From the sequence record SRR2962707_4378: a DNA stretch of 64,000 nt, one strand, 5' to 3'. Of this stretch, positions 30,785 through 40,850 are shown piece by piece. The position numbers and the translations under genes are program-made. The number at the start of each line of letters is the position of its first letter. Positions within the stretch are counted from its first letter, which is position 1. A model generated the notes under the pieces. It had not been told where the DNA came from. It searched no databases and saw only the letters and a program-made list of their open reading frames with translations.

Positions 30785-31765
30785 TCAGATTGAATGTGTT
30801 TGGGTCAGGCAACTCAGCGACAAATCCTTTTCCAGCCGATAGGTTTCAAAATCCTGCGCCAGAAACAGTTGGCCCTTGTAGTGCTGCATGGCTTCGGTCG
30901 CCAGTTGGTTGATGTGGGGCGCACCTCCCGGCCCGGACTGGTAACGTGAGCTGAAATGGGTCAGCACCAGGTTGGGCAAGTGAGCTTGTTGGGCGAATCG
31001 GGCGACCTGTTCAGCGGAGCTGTGTTGTGGCCAGGGGCCGACCCGGTCGGCCACGTCCTGGGTATAGGTGGCTTCGTGGATCAGCACGTGGGTGCCGTTG
31101 CAGGCATCGGCCAGCAGGTCTGGGGTGTCGTTGTCGCCGGCGACGATCAGGCGGCGGGCCGTGCGGGGAATGTGTGTGTAATCGTCACTTCTGAGCAGGC
31201 GGCCATCCTCCAGCGTTATATCGTTGCCTTTCTGCAATTCGCCCCAGCCGGGTCCGGGCTCGATGCCTTCCGCGCTTAATTTGTCCCGCAGTAGTTGTCG
31301 CTCCAGGCTTTGCTCGGTGAACACATAGGCGCGGCAGTCGACACGATGGGACAGTGCCACATTGGTAACCCTGACGTGCTCATCCTGCCACTGGAAATCC
31401 GATGCTTCGGAATCGATAAAGTTTAGCGAGTAGCTGAGGCTGGAGTCGCTGTTTGCGAGCACTGCGCTGATGAAGCGTTGTACCTGGATGGGGGCAATGA
31501 CGTCCAGCGGTTCCGTGCGGCCAAGCATGGAGGCGCTGGTGAGCAGCCCTGGAAGGCCGAACGTGTGATCGCCGTGGATATGGGTGATGAAGATGGCGCG
31601 CAATTGCACAACCGAGTAGCGGGTGCGAAGCAACTGGTGTTGTGTGCCTTCACCGCAGTCGATCAAATACCAGGGTTTGGGGCCGGCGTGGCATAGGGCC
31701 AGCCCGCTCACATTTCGTGACCGTGTCGGGGTGCCGGCGGATGTGCCCAGGAAGGTGAACTCCAT
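30785..31765 (-). CDS. rnz: Ribonuclease Z
   Basis: FLGTSAG.P, DCGEGTQ, THIHGDH, GD, HEAT, HSS, THFSSRY. Confidence 0.9.
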   Translation of the reverse strand: MEFTFLGTSAGTPTRSRNVSGLALCHAGPKPWYLIDCGEGTQHQLLRTRYSVVQLRAIFITHIHGDHTFGLPGLLTSASMLGRTEPLDVIAPIQVQRFISAVLANSDSSLSYSLNFIDSEASDFQWQDEHVRVTNVALSHRVDCRAYVFTEQSLERQLLRDKLSAEGIEPGPGWGELQKGNDITLEDGRLLRSDDYTHIPRTARRLIVAGDNDTPDLLADACNGTHVLIHEATYTQDVADRVGPWPQHSSAEQVARFAQQAHLPNLVLTHFSSRYQSGPGGAPHINQLATEAMQHYKGQLFLAQDFETYRLEKDLSLSCLTQTHSI

Positions 31766-31767
31766 TG

Positions 31768-32949
31768 TTAATCCGCCCATTGCCAGGGTGGCGCATCCAA
31801 CAAACCCTGCCCCAGGACGATGGTTTCGCCAAGGTCCTTGTTCAGGGCGATGGAGTTACAGTCGCCATCCTGTTCCAGAGTTGCCACCAAACGTGGTGCG
31901 TGGGAAACGACCCACACCTGGGTTTCACGTGATGCTCGATTGATCAGGCGCCCCAAGGCAGGCAGCAAATCCGGGTGCAGGCTGGTTTCCGGTTCATTAA
32001 GCACCAATAGTGACGGTGGTCTTGGCGTGAGTAGTGCGGCTACCAGCAACAGGTAGCGAAGCGTGCCGTCCGACAACTCCGCCTGGTTTAAGGGGCGCAG
32101 CAACCCCTCCTGCAAAAACTGCAGTATGAAACGGTTGCCGGAGTCTGCCTCAAAGTTGATGGTTGCCCCGGGAAAGGCATCCTCAATGGCATCGTACAAC
32201 GCCGCCCGGTCGCCAATCTCGTGGATGGTCCGCAGAGCCGCGACCAGGCTATGGCCGTCGTGATCAAGCACCGGCGTTCGCGTACCGATTTGGGGCGTGC
32301 GGATGATGGACTGGGGATCGGTTCGGAACTGGTCGTAGAAGCGCCAGTTGCGGATGGTTTGCCGGACAGCATGAACCTCGGGCACAGCCACCGGATCGCT
32401 GATTTCGTTGAGGATGCTTTCGTAGGTGTTGAGGTGGGCGTTGTAGACTTCCCATTTACGACCGTTGCGCACTTTCACCACAGGCCCGACCCGGTCAATC
32501 AGGCAACTGCTGGGACGGCAGACGTCTCCCGCCCAAATGCACTCGCGCTTGATTTCCGGGTCAAACTGAAACATGGACGGGTCCTGGTAGCCCGCAAACC
32601 CCTGAGGGGCGGGCATACCCAGTGAGATGGCGTAGCCGAAGTCTTCACCCACGAAGCCGAGTCTGAGCCGGCTGTTCTGTTTTTTGGCAGAGCCTTGTAC
32701 GGGATCGACACCGTCTTTCATGCCTTTGGTAAAGGTCTCCGGCCCTGCCCAGAACGTGTAATCCAGCCCGCCTTCCTGCGCGATCGACGAGATTAAGTTG
32801 CCCTTTGCGGTTTCAGCCAGTAACCGCAGAGACTTGTAAAGGTTGGATTTGCCGCAGCCGTTGGGCCCGGTTACCACATTGAGGCCGGTCAGGGGCGCGA
32901 CGATACTCTTGAGGCTGCGGTAGTTGGATACGGCAAATGCGTTGATCAT
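31768..32949 (-). CDS. AAA_21/SMC-like ABC ATPase
   Basis: NYRS, GPNGCGKS, LSDGTLR, LNEPE.SLHP, SH. Confidence 0.88.
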   Translation of the reverse strand: MINAFAVSNYRSLKSIVAPLTGLNVVTGPNGCGKSNLYKSLRLLAETAKGNLISSIAQEGGLDYTFWAGPETFTKGMKDGVDPVQGSAKKQNSRLRLGFVGEDFGYAISLGMPAPQGFAGYQDPSMFQFDPEIKRECIWAGDVCRPSSCLIDRVGPVVKVRNGRKWEVYNAHLNTYESILNEISDPVAVPEVHAVRQTIRNWRFYDQFRTDPQSIIRTPQIGTRTPVLDHDGHSLVAALRTIHEIGDRAALYDAIEDAFPGATINFEADSGNRFILQFLQEGLLRPLNQAELSDGTLRYLLLVAALLTPRPPSLLVLNEPETSLHPDLLPALGRLINRASRETQVWVVSHAPRLVATLEQDGDCNSIALNKDLGETIVLGQGLLDAPPWQWAD

Positions 32950-32990
32950 AATCTCAAGATCACTGAGTTTGGTAAAAAGGTCTCGTTATC

Positions 32991-35900
32991 TCAAGCGCTC
33001 TCAGCCGCTTGAATTCGGTTTCGGCCGCTCTCTTTGGCTTTGTAGAGTGCGGCATCGGCGGCAAAGACCAATTCTTCGAGACTGCTCTTGTCATCGGGAA
33101 CGATGGTGGCGCAGCCCACGCTGACGGTGATGCAATCTCGCGCCGTTGAATGGTCGTGCCTGATGTCCAATGCTTCGATGGCAACGCGGGCATTTTCAGC
33201 GACCTGTATCGCACCATTTTCGTCAGTATTGGGGAGTATCAGAATGAACTCTTCTCCCCCGTAGCGCGCCACCATGTCGGTTGAGCGCTGCAGTTGCGCC
33301 TGCAGTGTTTCGGCAACCCGGATCAGGCATTCGTCACCCATCTGGTGGCCGTAATTGTCGTTGAAGTGCTTGAAGTGATCCACATCGAGCATAACCACAG
33401 ATAGGGGTTGGGGCTGCCTTCGCAGGCGCAGCCAGGTGTCTTTGAGGTAGACGTCACCGGAACGCCTGTTAGCGACGCCGGTCAGGCCATCGCGGTCGGC
33501 CAGGCGTTGCAGTTCTTCATTGAGTTCTTCCAGCTCTGCCGTGCGTTCAACCACTTTCTCTTCCAGGAGCCGGGAATGGTCCTGTACCTGGGTGTAGAGC
33601 CGGGCGTTTTCGATGGCGACAGCCGCCTGGGCGGAGAGCAGTTGAATCAATTCCACCCGGTCGTCGGTGAAGACGGCGTCGGTCAGGTTGTTCTCCATGT
33701 AGACCGCCGCCTCAAAACGTTCCCGCACGATGATAGGGACACACAGTACTGATCGTGGATGCAGGTGAATAGTGTAGGGGTCGTTCACAAACGGGCCGTC
33801 CGCCATGGCATCGTGCAGGACCACGGCTTCGCCCCTTTGAAACACCTGGCTGATCACGCTCATTGGCAGGGCGAGGGCCTTGCCCTGACGATCACTGAGT
33901 GTTGAGTGGGTGGGGATTTCAACCTGTGGTGACGGCTGCTCTGGCCGGATTATGGCCTCGACACTGAACGCACCACCGGCCCGGACAATCAGGCAGCCCC
34001 ATTGCCCACCGGCATTTTCCAGCAGAATCGCCAGGGTTTTCTGCAACAGCTGGTCCAGCACCATCTCGCCGGAGATCTCACGGGAGGCTTTCATAACCGA
34101 TGCCAGGTCGAGACTGGCCAAATGGCTTCCTGGTGGGCTGAGGTGGGCCTGAACCCACTGACGAAGCACCGGGAACTCGTCCTCCAGCTGTTCTACCTTG
34201 CGTTGTGCGCCCCAGCGGTTGTATACCCCGTGGGCACCACGGAGATAACCCTCGGCTGAGCGCCCTTTACCCAGTGCCAGCAGGTGCCGTGCGGCGCGCT
34301 CAAAGGCAGTGGCCTCATCGCGCAGGAAGCCGTTTGCCCGTGCCGTGTCGATGGCCGTGTCATAGAGCTCCAGTGCGGCGTCGTGCCTGCCATCCAGGCG
34401 GGCGAGTTCTGCGGTCATCAGAAATTGAAGGTGGCGGAAATTCGCTTCGCAATTGTCCGCCCAACGGGTCATGCGCGCCAGGTCCCGTTCAAGGCGTTCT
34501 CGTGTGGCCTGTTGGTCAGCCCTGTTCATGGTGGGGAATAGAGTCGTGAGGGTGAGGTTGGCAACAATGTAGAAACGCACGAGCTGGGGCAGGGACATCG
34601 CGGACTTGATTAGCTTGTCCTGCTTTCTGACAAAGTGCAGTGCCTGTTCGTAGTTCCCGTAGAGCAGGTTGATCTCGGCACTGTAGATCTGATGATTGGC
34701 AATGCCGGTCATGAACCGGCGCGTACTCATTGCCTCGAGACACGCCTGGTCATCAAAATCATCGGTGCTCAGACTGGCCGGTGAGTGGGTGGTGCCAAGA
34801 AAATTGCGCTGCATCTGCAGGAAGAGGGAACCGGAGTCCAGCGAATCCTGGTAGGCGCACTCGCGAACGATGTCGAGGTTTTCCTGATGCAACTGGCTAG
34901 CGGTTTCCAGATCCATGCCCGGGTCCCAGATCACGCAGTCCTGGGCACTGTAGGCCAGATAGAGCAGGTCGCCGGATTGATAGCCGGCTTCGATGCCCTT
35001 GCGGAACCAGGGCGTGAGCGTTGCCCAGTGGTTGCTCCAGTGATGAACGAACATGGCGTATACATAGATAACGCGCGCCCTCAGGCTGAGGTCATCAAGC
35101 CGTTCATTGATGGCCAGGCCAACCTTGGCGTACTGATAGCCCAGGGCGGGCTCGTCCAGCTCACCACACAAAAGCATGCCGTAGGCGGCATAGGCAAACG
35201 CCGATTCCGGGCAGTTGCCCCGATTCAAAGCCAGGTTAACCGCTTTTAGCACCAGGTAGCTGAACAGCTTGCTGCCGGAGAGAAACGCGGCAGCAAAGAT
35301 TTCCATCAGCAGACGCATGGCGGTCAATGTGGCTGGGTCTTCGATGACAGGAGCATCAACCAGGTCGGTGATTTCGCGGCCAGCCAGGTTCGTCAGTACC
35401 CGTTGGCGTTCGACATCGATATCGTGCTGGCTGGGGTGTTCGGTGAAATTGACACCCAATAGTGCCAGCCCCTCAATGGCAGCGTGAATAGACGCCTCCA
35501 TTCTACCCAGCGTGGCATTCTGCCGGGTACGTATGGCGAGAATGTCGGCGCGATGCAGCTGGGAGTCCGCATGGTCCAGCATCTGCTCCAACCAATGGTC
35601 GGCCTCTTCGGTACGTCCGGTGAGGTAGAGGCAAAGCTGTATCTCTGACGCCAATGTGGCCATCAGTGAGGGCATCTGTGACCAGGCGTCGTCTGGCAGC
35701 AATTCCTCGGCGACCTGCAAGTAGTCGAGTGCCTGTTGATAGGCCGAGGTTTGTCGGGCGCGACTGCCGGCACGAAGGTTGAACTCGGCCAGTTGAAGGC
35801 GTTCTGACCCGGACTGGATCAGCGCGCGCCCCTGATTGAGATGATTAACGATATCAATCAATTGGTCATCGGCGACCTGCCCGCCGCCGTGTTGTAGCAT

Positions 35901-38045
35901 CAGGCGCCCGACCGTTAGGTGTACCCGGGGGAGCTCGTCAGTTGCGATGAGGTTGTAGGCAGCCTGCTGCACCCGGTCGTGCTGAAAACGATAGCTGGGG
36001 TTGAGCACCCGCTCTTCGTCCTGGTGTCTCGCCAGGCGATAATCACTGTGTAGCGGCAGCACGGTGTACTGTTTCAACGCCGGCAGAAGGGCCCGGGCGG
36101 TTTCAGCAACGGTATGCTCGTAGATGGTGGCGAGCGTTTGCAGGGTAAAGGTATTCCCGATGCTGGCGGCCAGTTGAAGTACGTTCTGCGTTTCGTCCGG
36201 GAGCTGTCGCAGGTTATCCAGCATGAACTCAACCACGTCATGGCTGGTTTCATCCCAACTGGCCCTGTCGAGCTGCCAGTGCCATTGGCCACTGCCCGAA
36301 TCTGACCAGATTGCCCCCTGGGCATGGAACTGTCGCAGCAACTCGTTGGTAAAGAAGGGGTTGCCCTGGGCGCGGTGAAACAGCATCTCGTTCAGTGTGC
36401 GGCTCGTTTCCGGCTCGCAACGCAGGGCGTCGGCCACCATTTGGTCCACCGACGATTCATCAAGCGGCCCCACAGGGATCTGATGAATTCGCCGATGGTT
36501 GTTGAGGTCATCCAGGAGCAATCTGAGCGGGTGCCCAGGGCCGACTTCATTGCTGCGATAGGCACCAATCAACAACAGGTGGCTCTGGTCCCTGGAGGTG
36601 ACTATACGGCGTATCAGGTCGAGGGTTGGGGTGTCGCTCCACTGCAGATCGTCCAGGAACAGCACGACCGGATGGCCTTCGCCGGCAAACACTCGCAGGA
36701 ATGCGGTCAGTACCAGCTGCAACCGGTTACGGCTCTCTGAGGGTGGCAGCTCGGTCACAGGGGGTTGTTCGCCGATAATCAGCGCCAGCTCCGGTACCAG
36801 GTCGATCACCAGGGCGCCGTTGGGCCCCAGCGCACCAAGTAGTTCGGTGCGCCAGCAGTCAAGCTGGTTGTCGGGCTCTAGTATGATTTGCTGCACGAGG
36901 GCACGAAAGGTGGCTGCCAGTGCTGAGTAGGCTTCGCTTTGCTGGAACTGGTCGAACTTGCTCTGGACCAGGAAGCCGCGTTCGCGGATCTGGTAGCGAT
37001 CAATTTCGTTGACCAGTGCCGACTTGCCAACGCCGGAGTAGCCGTGAACCAGGCAGAAGCGGGATCGTCCCTCCACCGCCTGCTCGAACAGGCCCAGCAG
37101 CTCCTGCAGCTCGCGCTCGCGGCCGTAAAGTGCCTGGGGAATCAGAAACTTCTGCAGATGATCCTTTTCACCCAGTGTGAAGGGCAGCAGTGGCAGATCC
37201 TGTTCTATCGACGTGGCGCAACGGGATAGGTCGTGCAGCAGGCCCAGGCTGCTTTGATAACGTTCTTCCGGGGATTTGGCCAGAAGCTTCAGCACAATGT
37301 CTGAAAGGGCCTCGGGTATGTCCTCAAACACGGTGTGAGGCGCCGGAGGCAGACGACTTATGTGGCTGTGTACCCACTCCAGGGTATTGTTGGCTGTAAA
37401 CGGAGGTTGGCCGGTCAGAAGTTCAAACAGCAGCAAGCCGAGGGAATAGTAGTCCGAGCGGTAGTCGAGGCTCCGATTCATGCGCCCGGTCTGTTCCGGC
37501 GACATGTAGGCCAACGCCGCCTCGGGCTGATTGGGCAGCTGTTTGGCCTGCCGCTCCTGCCCCAGCTCCGATGCTATATTGAACCCCGACAGCACCAGTG
37601 CGCCACTTCTTGAGTCAAACAGGACGTTATGGGGTGTCAGCGACTTGTGCACGATGTCCTGTGCGTGGATGTCGCTCAGAATCTGTACCAGGGCCTGGGC
37701 TATTTTCAGCGCCTGGGGCAGGGGCAAGCGTCTGTTACGGCTCTCGGCCATTACCGAGGCAAGCGAACGCTCACAGGGATCGGTGATGAGCGCCAGGTTC
37801 CCACTACCGTGTGGCAATATGTCATGAACCCTGCGTACGCCTTTCACGCCGTCGAGCCGTGAAGTAATGCTGGCTTCGTGATTGAGCGTGGCCACCTGCC
37901 TGCGGTCGGGATATTCGGTATCAAGGGTTTCAATGCAGACGTCTGCACCGTCCGAGAGTCGCCGTGCGCGATAGGCCGCCCGGCCTGCTTTTCTCCAGAG
38001 GCAGAAGGAGATTGTGTATCCGGGCAGCTGTAATTCGCTCTGCAT
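32991..38045 (-). CDS. Ser/Thr kinase-like + STAND AAA ATPase + GAF + GGDEF (diguanylate cyclase) multidomain protein
   Basis: YMSPEQTGR, DYYSLG; GYSGVGKS, LFLDDLQW; FQHDRVQQAAY; GAF (YMEN, AIENARL); DGLTG..NRR, DVDHFK..ND.YGH, RYGGEEF. Confidence 0.92.
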   Translation of the reverse strand: MQSELQLPGYTISFCLWRKAGRAAYRARRLSDGADVCIETLDTEYPDRRQVATLNHEASITSRLDGVKGVRRVHDILPHGSGNLALITDPCERSLASVMAESRNRRLPLPQALKIAQALVQILSDIHAQDIVHKSLTPHNVLFDSRSGALVLSGFNIASELGQERQAKQLPNQPEAALAYMSPEQTGRMNRSLDYRSDYYSLGLLLFELLTGQPPFTANNTLEWVHSHISRLPPAPHTVFEDIPEALSDIVLKLLAKSPEERYQSSLGLLHDLSRCATSIEQDLPLLPFTLGEKDHLQKFLIPQALYGRERELQELLGLFEQAVEGRSRFCLVHGYSGVGKSALVNEIDRYQIRERGFLVQSKFDQFQQSEAYSALAATFRALVQQIILEPDNQLDCWRTELLGALGPNGALVIDLVPELALIIGEQPPVTELPPSESRNRLQLVLTAFLRVFAGEGHPVVLFLDDLQWSDTPTLDLIRRIVTSRDQSHLLLIGAYRSNEVGPGHPLRLLLDDLNNHRRIHQIPVGPLDESSVDQMVADALRCEPETSRTLNEMLFHRAQGNPFFTNELLRQFHAQGAIWSDSGSGQWHWQLDRASWDETSHDVVEFMLDNLRQLPDETQNVLQLAASIGNTFTLQTLATIYEHTVAETARALLPALKQYTVLPLHSDYRLARHQDEERVLNPSYRFQHDRVQQAAYNLIATDELPRVHLTVGRLMLQHGGGQVADDQLIDIVNHLNQGRALIQSGSERLQLAEFNLRAGSRARQTSAYQQALDYLQVAEELLPDDAWSQMPSLMATLASEIQLCLYLTGRTEEADHWLEQMLDHADSQLHRADILAIRTRQNATLGRMEASIHAAIEGLALLGVNFTEHPSQHDIDVERQRVLTNLAGREITDLVDAPVIEDPATLTAMRLLMEIFAAAFLSGSKLFSYLVLKAVNLALNRGNCPESAFAYAAYGMLLCGELDEPALGYQYAKVGLAINERLDDLSLRARVIYVYAMFVHHWSNHWATLTPWFRKGIEAGYQSGDLLYLAYSAQDCVIWDPGMDLETASQLHQENLDIVRECAYQDSLDSGSLFLQMQRNFLGTTHSPASLSTDDFDDQACLEAMSTRRFMTGIANHQIYSAEINLLYGNYEQALHFVRKQDKLIKSAMSLPQLVRFYIVANLTLTTLFPTMNRADQQATRERLERDLARMTRWADNCEANFRHLQFLMTAELARLDGRHDAALELYDTAIDTARANGFLRDEATAFERAARHLLALGKGRSAEGYLRGAHGVYNRWGAQRKVEQLEDEFPVLRQWVQAHLSPPGSHLASLDLASVMKASREISGEMVLDQLLQKTLAILLENAGGQWGCLIVRAGGAFSVEAIIRPEQPSPQVEIPTHSTLSDRQGKALALPMSVISQVFQRGEAVVLHDAMADGPFVNDPYTIHLHPRSVLCVPIIVRERFEAAVYMENNLTDAVFTDDRVELIQLLSAQAAVAIENARLYTQVQDHSRLLEEKVVERTAELEELNEELQRLADRDGLTGVANRRSGDVYLKDTWLRLRRQPQPLSVVMLDVDHFKHFNDNYGHQMGDECLIRVAETLQAQLQRSTDMVARYGGEEFILILPNTDENGAIQVAENARVAIEALDIRHDHSTARDCITVSVGCATIVPDDKSSLEELVFAADAALYKAKESGRNRIQAAESA

Positions 38046-38064
38046 CAGGTGCCGCTCCTGGGGA

Positions 38065-38790
38065 TCACGCCTGGCAATGGAACACTCGATCGAAGGTGGC
38101 GCTGAAGTCCTCTTTGGCGTTGTCCAGTAGGGGTTGGCCATGGCCACAGAGAACGTGTTTGAAGTTCAGTGTTTTGAGGCGGTTAAAATCCTCGGCAGCA
38201 GGTTCCGCCGCCTGCAGCCAGACTGGGCCAATGTTGGCGGGTGTGAAGAAGCCCATCTGCTCCATTCGCTGTCGCGAGGCGTCGCAGAAGTGCTCGTCGG
38301 GTTTCAGCCAGTTCTGCAGGGCGTCACAGGCTATCAGGATGCCGCCATCCCGCTGGAGGTGGAGTACGCCTTCAGGAAGTTTGGTAGTTTGGAACTGAAA
38401 TAGCGATGCGTCACTCAGGGGCAGCGTCTGGCCGAGGACGTTTGCCTCTCTTTCAGACCCGCTTTGGTCCTCCGGTTCCAGACCTGGCATCACCCAGTAC
38501 TGCGCCTGGTAACGGTCAACATAGAACGCATCGTCACGCCCATGCAGAGCGCCAAGCCGAATCACGTCGGTTACTTTTCCCAGTCGGTCCAGTTCCGCCA
38601 GGCCGTCATCATCAAGGCGGACCGTATTGATGAGGATCAGCCGTTCACCGTCACGGACGATGGTCATGTTGCGGCTGAATTGCCAATCCAGGTCCATAAG
38701 GACGGTTTCCATGGCACCACTGACAAAAAACAGATCCGGCAGGATCTCTTCGATGGCATTGTGTGCCAGGGCTGGCGGGAAAGACGGCAT
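38065..38790 (-). CDS. Hypothetical protein with degenerate metallo-beta-lactamase fold (DUF4336-like)
   Basis: RNM.IVR, LHGRDD, ACDALQN, LCGHG. Confidence 0.65.
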   Translation of the reverse strand: MPSFPPALAHNAIEEILPDLFFVSGAMETVLMDLDWQFSRNMTIVRDGERLILINTVRLDDDGLAELDRLGKVTDVIRLGALHGRDDAFYVDRYQAQYWVMPGLEPEDQSGSEREANVLGQTLPLSDASLFQFQTTKLPEGVLHLQRDGGILIACDALQNWLKPDEHFCDASRQRMEQMGFFTPANIGPVWLQAAEPAAEDFNRLKTLNFKHVLCGHGQPLLDNAKEDFSATFDRVFHCQA

Positions 38791-38799
38791 GAGAACTCC

Positions 38800-39612
38800 T
38801 CAGTCTTTATCATAGTTATAGCGGCCGACGTAGCGATACTCTCTGGCGTATTCGTTCAGATAGGCGTTGAGGTATCGCTTCTGGGCCTTGTTGAGGCGTC
38901 CGTTCCGGATATCGTCCATGGTTTCATCAACGTTGCTGCTGTCCAGCCGTCTGAGGTGAAAAAGCGTCATGTCCCTGCCTCCAAAAAAGCCTTTGAGGAA
39001 GTGGTGCAGAGGCCTCGCCTCGGACATATCAAACACGGCCCCGTAGAGGGCCGTGTACAGCGGCTGTTTTGCCAGCAACGCCCGGTCAAATGTTGGGTAG
39101 TCTCCGGGTGGTGCCGCGAACGTTGGGTACTCATCAAGTTGATGAATGGGCTGATTGGCCAGTGACTCCAGGTATTTGCCATCCAGTCCGGCCTGGCGGC
39201 CTCCCTCCAGAACGATGTTCAGGTAACGACGGCTTGGTCGGCAGTCGTTGTCGATAAACTGGGGCATGCCCACATAGGTGAGAGCAGAGACTTTCGGGGC
39301 CATTGCCGCGCTAGGGTTATCCGGCTCTACCTCGATCTCTATGCGGTTATAGCCATGCCCGTAAGCTTCGGCCTGATCCAACAGAGAAAGCGCCTCGTCC
39401 GGGCATTCATGGAGCACGCCGAGAACCCGGTCGTCCGGGTGGCCGGTGTTTTCGATGTTGCCAACACCACCCTCATGGCGGAAGAAGTGCTGCACGTTGA
39501 AGCGTAACCGCCATCCGCGCAGCACCGCTTTCGTAGATGCCCGAGGCTCGACACCCTTCGCTCTCAGCGAGAGCATGCTCATGTTGGAGCCAAAGCCAAA
39601 GTAGTAAAACAT
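38800..39612 (-). CDS. Gamma-glutamylcyclotransferase fused to a C-terminal cytochrome b5/MAPR-like domain
   Basis: YYFGFGSNM, GVLH, LDQAE, PSRRYL; C-terminal LYTALYGAVFDMS..FFGGRDMT..Q..YL..Y..EYRYVG. Confidence 0.8.
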   Translation of the reverse strand: MFYYFGFGSNMSMLSLRAKGVEPRASTKAVLRGWRLRFNVQHFFRHEGGVGNIENTGHPDDRVLGVLHECPDEALSLLDQAEAYGHGYNRIEIEVEPDNPSAAMAPKVSALTYVGMPQFIDNDCRPSRRYLNIVLEGGRQAGLDGKYLESLANQPIHQLDEYPTFAAPPGDYPTFDRALLAKQPLYTALYGAVFDMSEARPLHHFLKGFFGGRDMTLFHLRRLDSSNVDETMDDIRNGRLNKAQKRYLNAYLNEYAREYRYVGRYNYDKD

Positions 39613-39872
39613 AGATTCAATAGATTACAGGTTAACCTGCCCTCAGGTACTTTTCTATAACCTGCCACGGCAAAGGCGGTGGCAGATTGGCTTATCAGCA
39701 ATACGGCCAGGTATCGGTTTTCGCGGAGCTACCTTTACCCCGGGATATTGGGGCTTAATGGTAGTCTATATGGCATCATTATTTATGATCTCGCGTTGAA
39801 GTTATACCCGAGTATTGAAAGTGCCAAACCCCGTTCCCTTTAGCCTGAAACCATGACCTCTCTTTATTCACT

Positions 39873-40754
39873 ATGATTCAGCATCTCACAGAAGCCCTTG
39901 TCCCTCTGCTGTCTTTGATACTCCTCGGGGCCATTCTTGGCCGAAAAACCGATTTTTTTGACGGCAAGGCATTGGCTGGTCTGGTTACCACCGTTGGAAT
40001 CCCCGCGTTGCTGCTCCACTCCGTATTGAGCATGGATATGGACATTTTAGGAATGGGTGCCCTTGTAGGCATTACCGTGGCCTGGCTGTTCGTCATGGCG
40101 ATGGTCACTGCACTGTTGCTTACGCTAGCTGGCCTGCCGGTGAGGTCCTATCTTCCGGCGTTGGTGCACCCGAATACGGGCAATATGGGGATTCCGGTGT
40201 GCTTTGCGCTGTTTGGTCCGCAGTCGCTTGGGCTGGCGGTGGTGATTTCCTCGGTGATTCAGGTCAGTCATTTTACGTTGGGAATCGGCTGCCTGTCCGG
40301 GCGGTTTTCCATCAGGGCAATGCTGAAGAACGGGCCCGTCTTGGCATTGATCGCAGGTGCTTTTCTGTTGGCGACAAACATTCGCCCGCCTGGACCGGTG
40401 ATGATAACGCTGGATATGCTGGGCTCGATTACCGTACCGATAATGCTAATGCAATTGGGCAGCTCTATTGCCAACCTGCGGCTGTCAGGCGCGCGGGATA
40501 TGCTAAGGCCTCTCGTGTTCAGTCTGTATCGGCCATTGGGTGGTCTAGCCCTTGCGTGGGTGCTGTTGCTGATTTGGCCGTTGAGCGCCATGGAAGCGCA
40601 GGTTTTCCTGATTCAGTGTGCGATGCCGGTGGCGGTAATGAGCTACGTACTGTCGGTGCGCTATCAAGGGCCGTCGCAGGAGATCGCTTTGACTATTCCA
40701 ATGTCGTTGCTGGTTTCTTTGGGGATTGCCGTAATTTTTGCCCTGTTTGCGTAG
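39873..40754 (+). CDS. AEC (auxin efflux carrier) family transporter
   Basis: PNTGNMGIP...FG, P.ML..LG, MPVAV.SY. Confidence 0.88.
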   Translation: MIQHLTEALVPLLSLILLGAILGRKTDFFDGKALAGLVTTVGIPALLLHSVLSMDMDILGMGALVGITVAWLFVMAMVTALLLTLAGLPVRSYLPALVHPNTGNMGIPVCFALFGPQSLGLAVVISSVIQVSHFTLGIGCLSGRFSIRAMLKNGPVLALIAGAFLLATNIRPPGPVMITLDMLGSITVPIMLMQLGSSIANLRLSGARDMLRPLVFSLYRPLGGLALAWVLLLIWPLSAMEAQVFLIQCAMPVAVMSYVLSVRYQGPSQEIALTIPMSLLVSLGIAVIFALFA

Positions 40755-40850
40755 TGGGCAGCGCCCGGGATTGCTGCGGCGAACATCAGGTCGGCTTGCG
40801 GCTCCAACGTATTGACGGTGCCCAGTTTCCGCAGTCACCCTGAATGAACC

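Noticed and set aside
39613-39872. c-di-GMP riboswitch upstream of the GGDEF operon
   Set aside because: Only a simple CTGCCAC/GTGGCAG hairpin; GEMM consensus not found by eye
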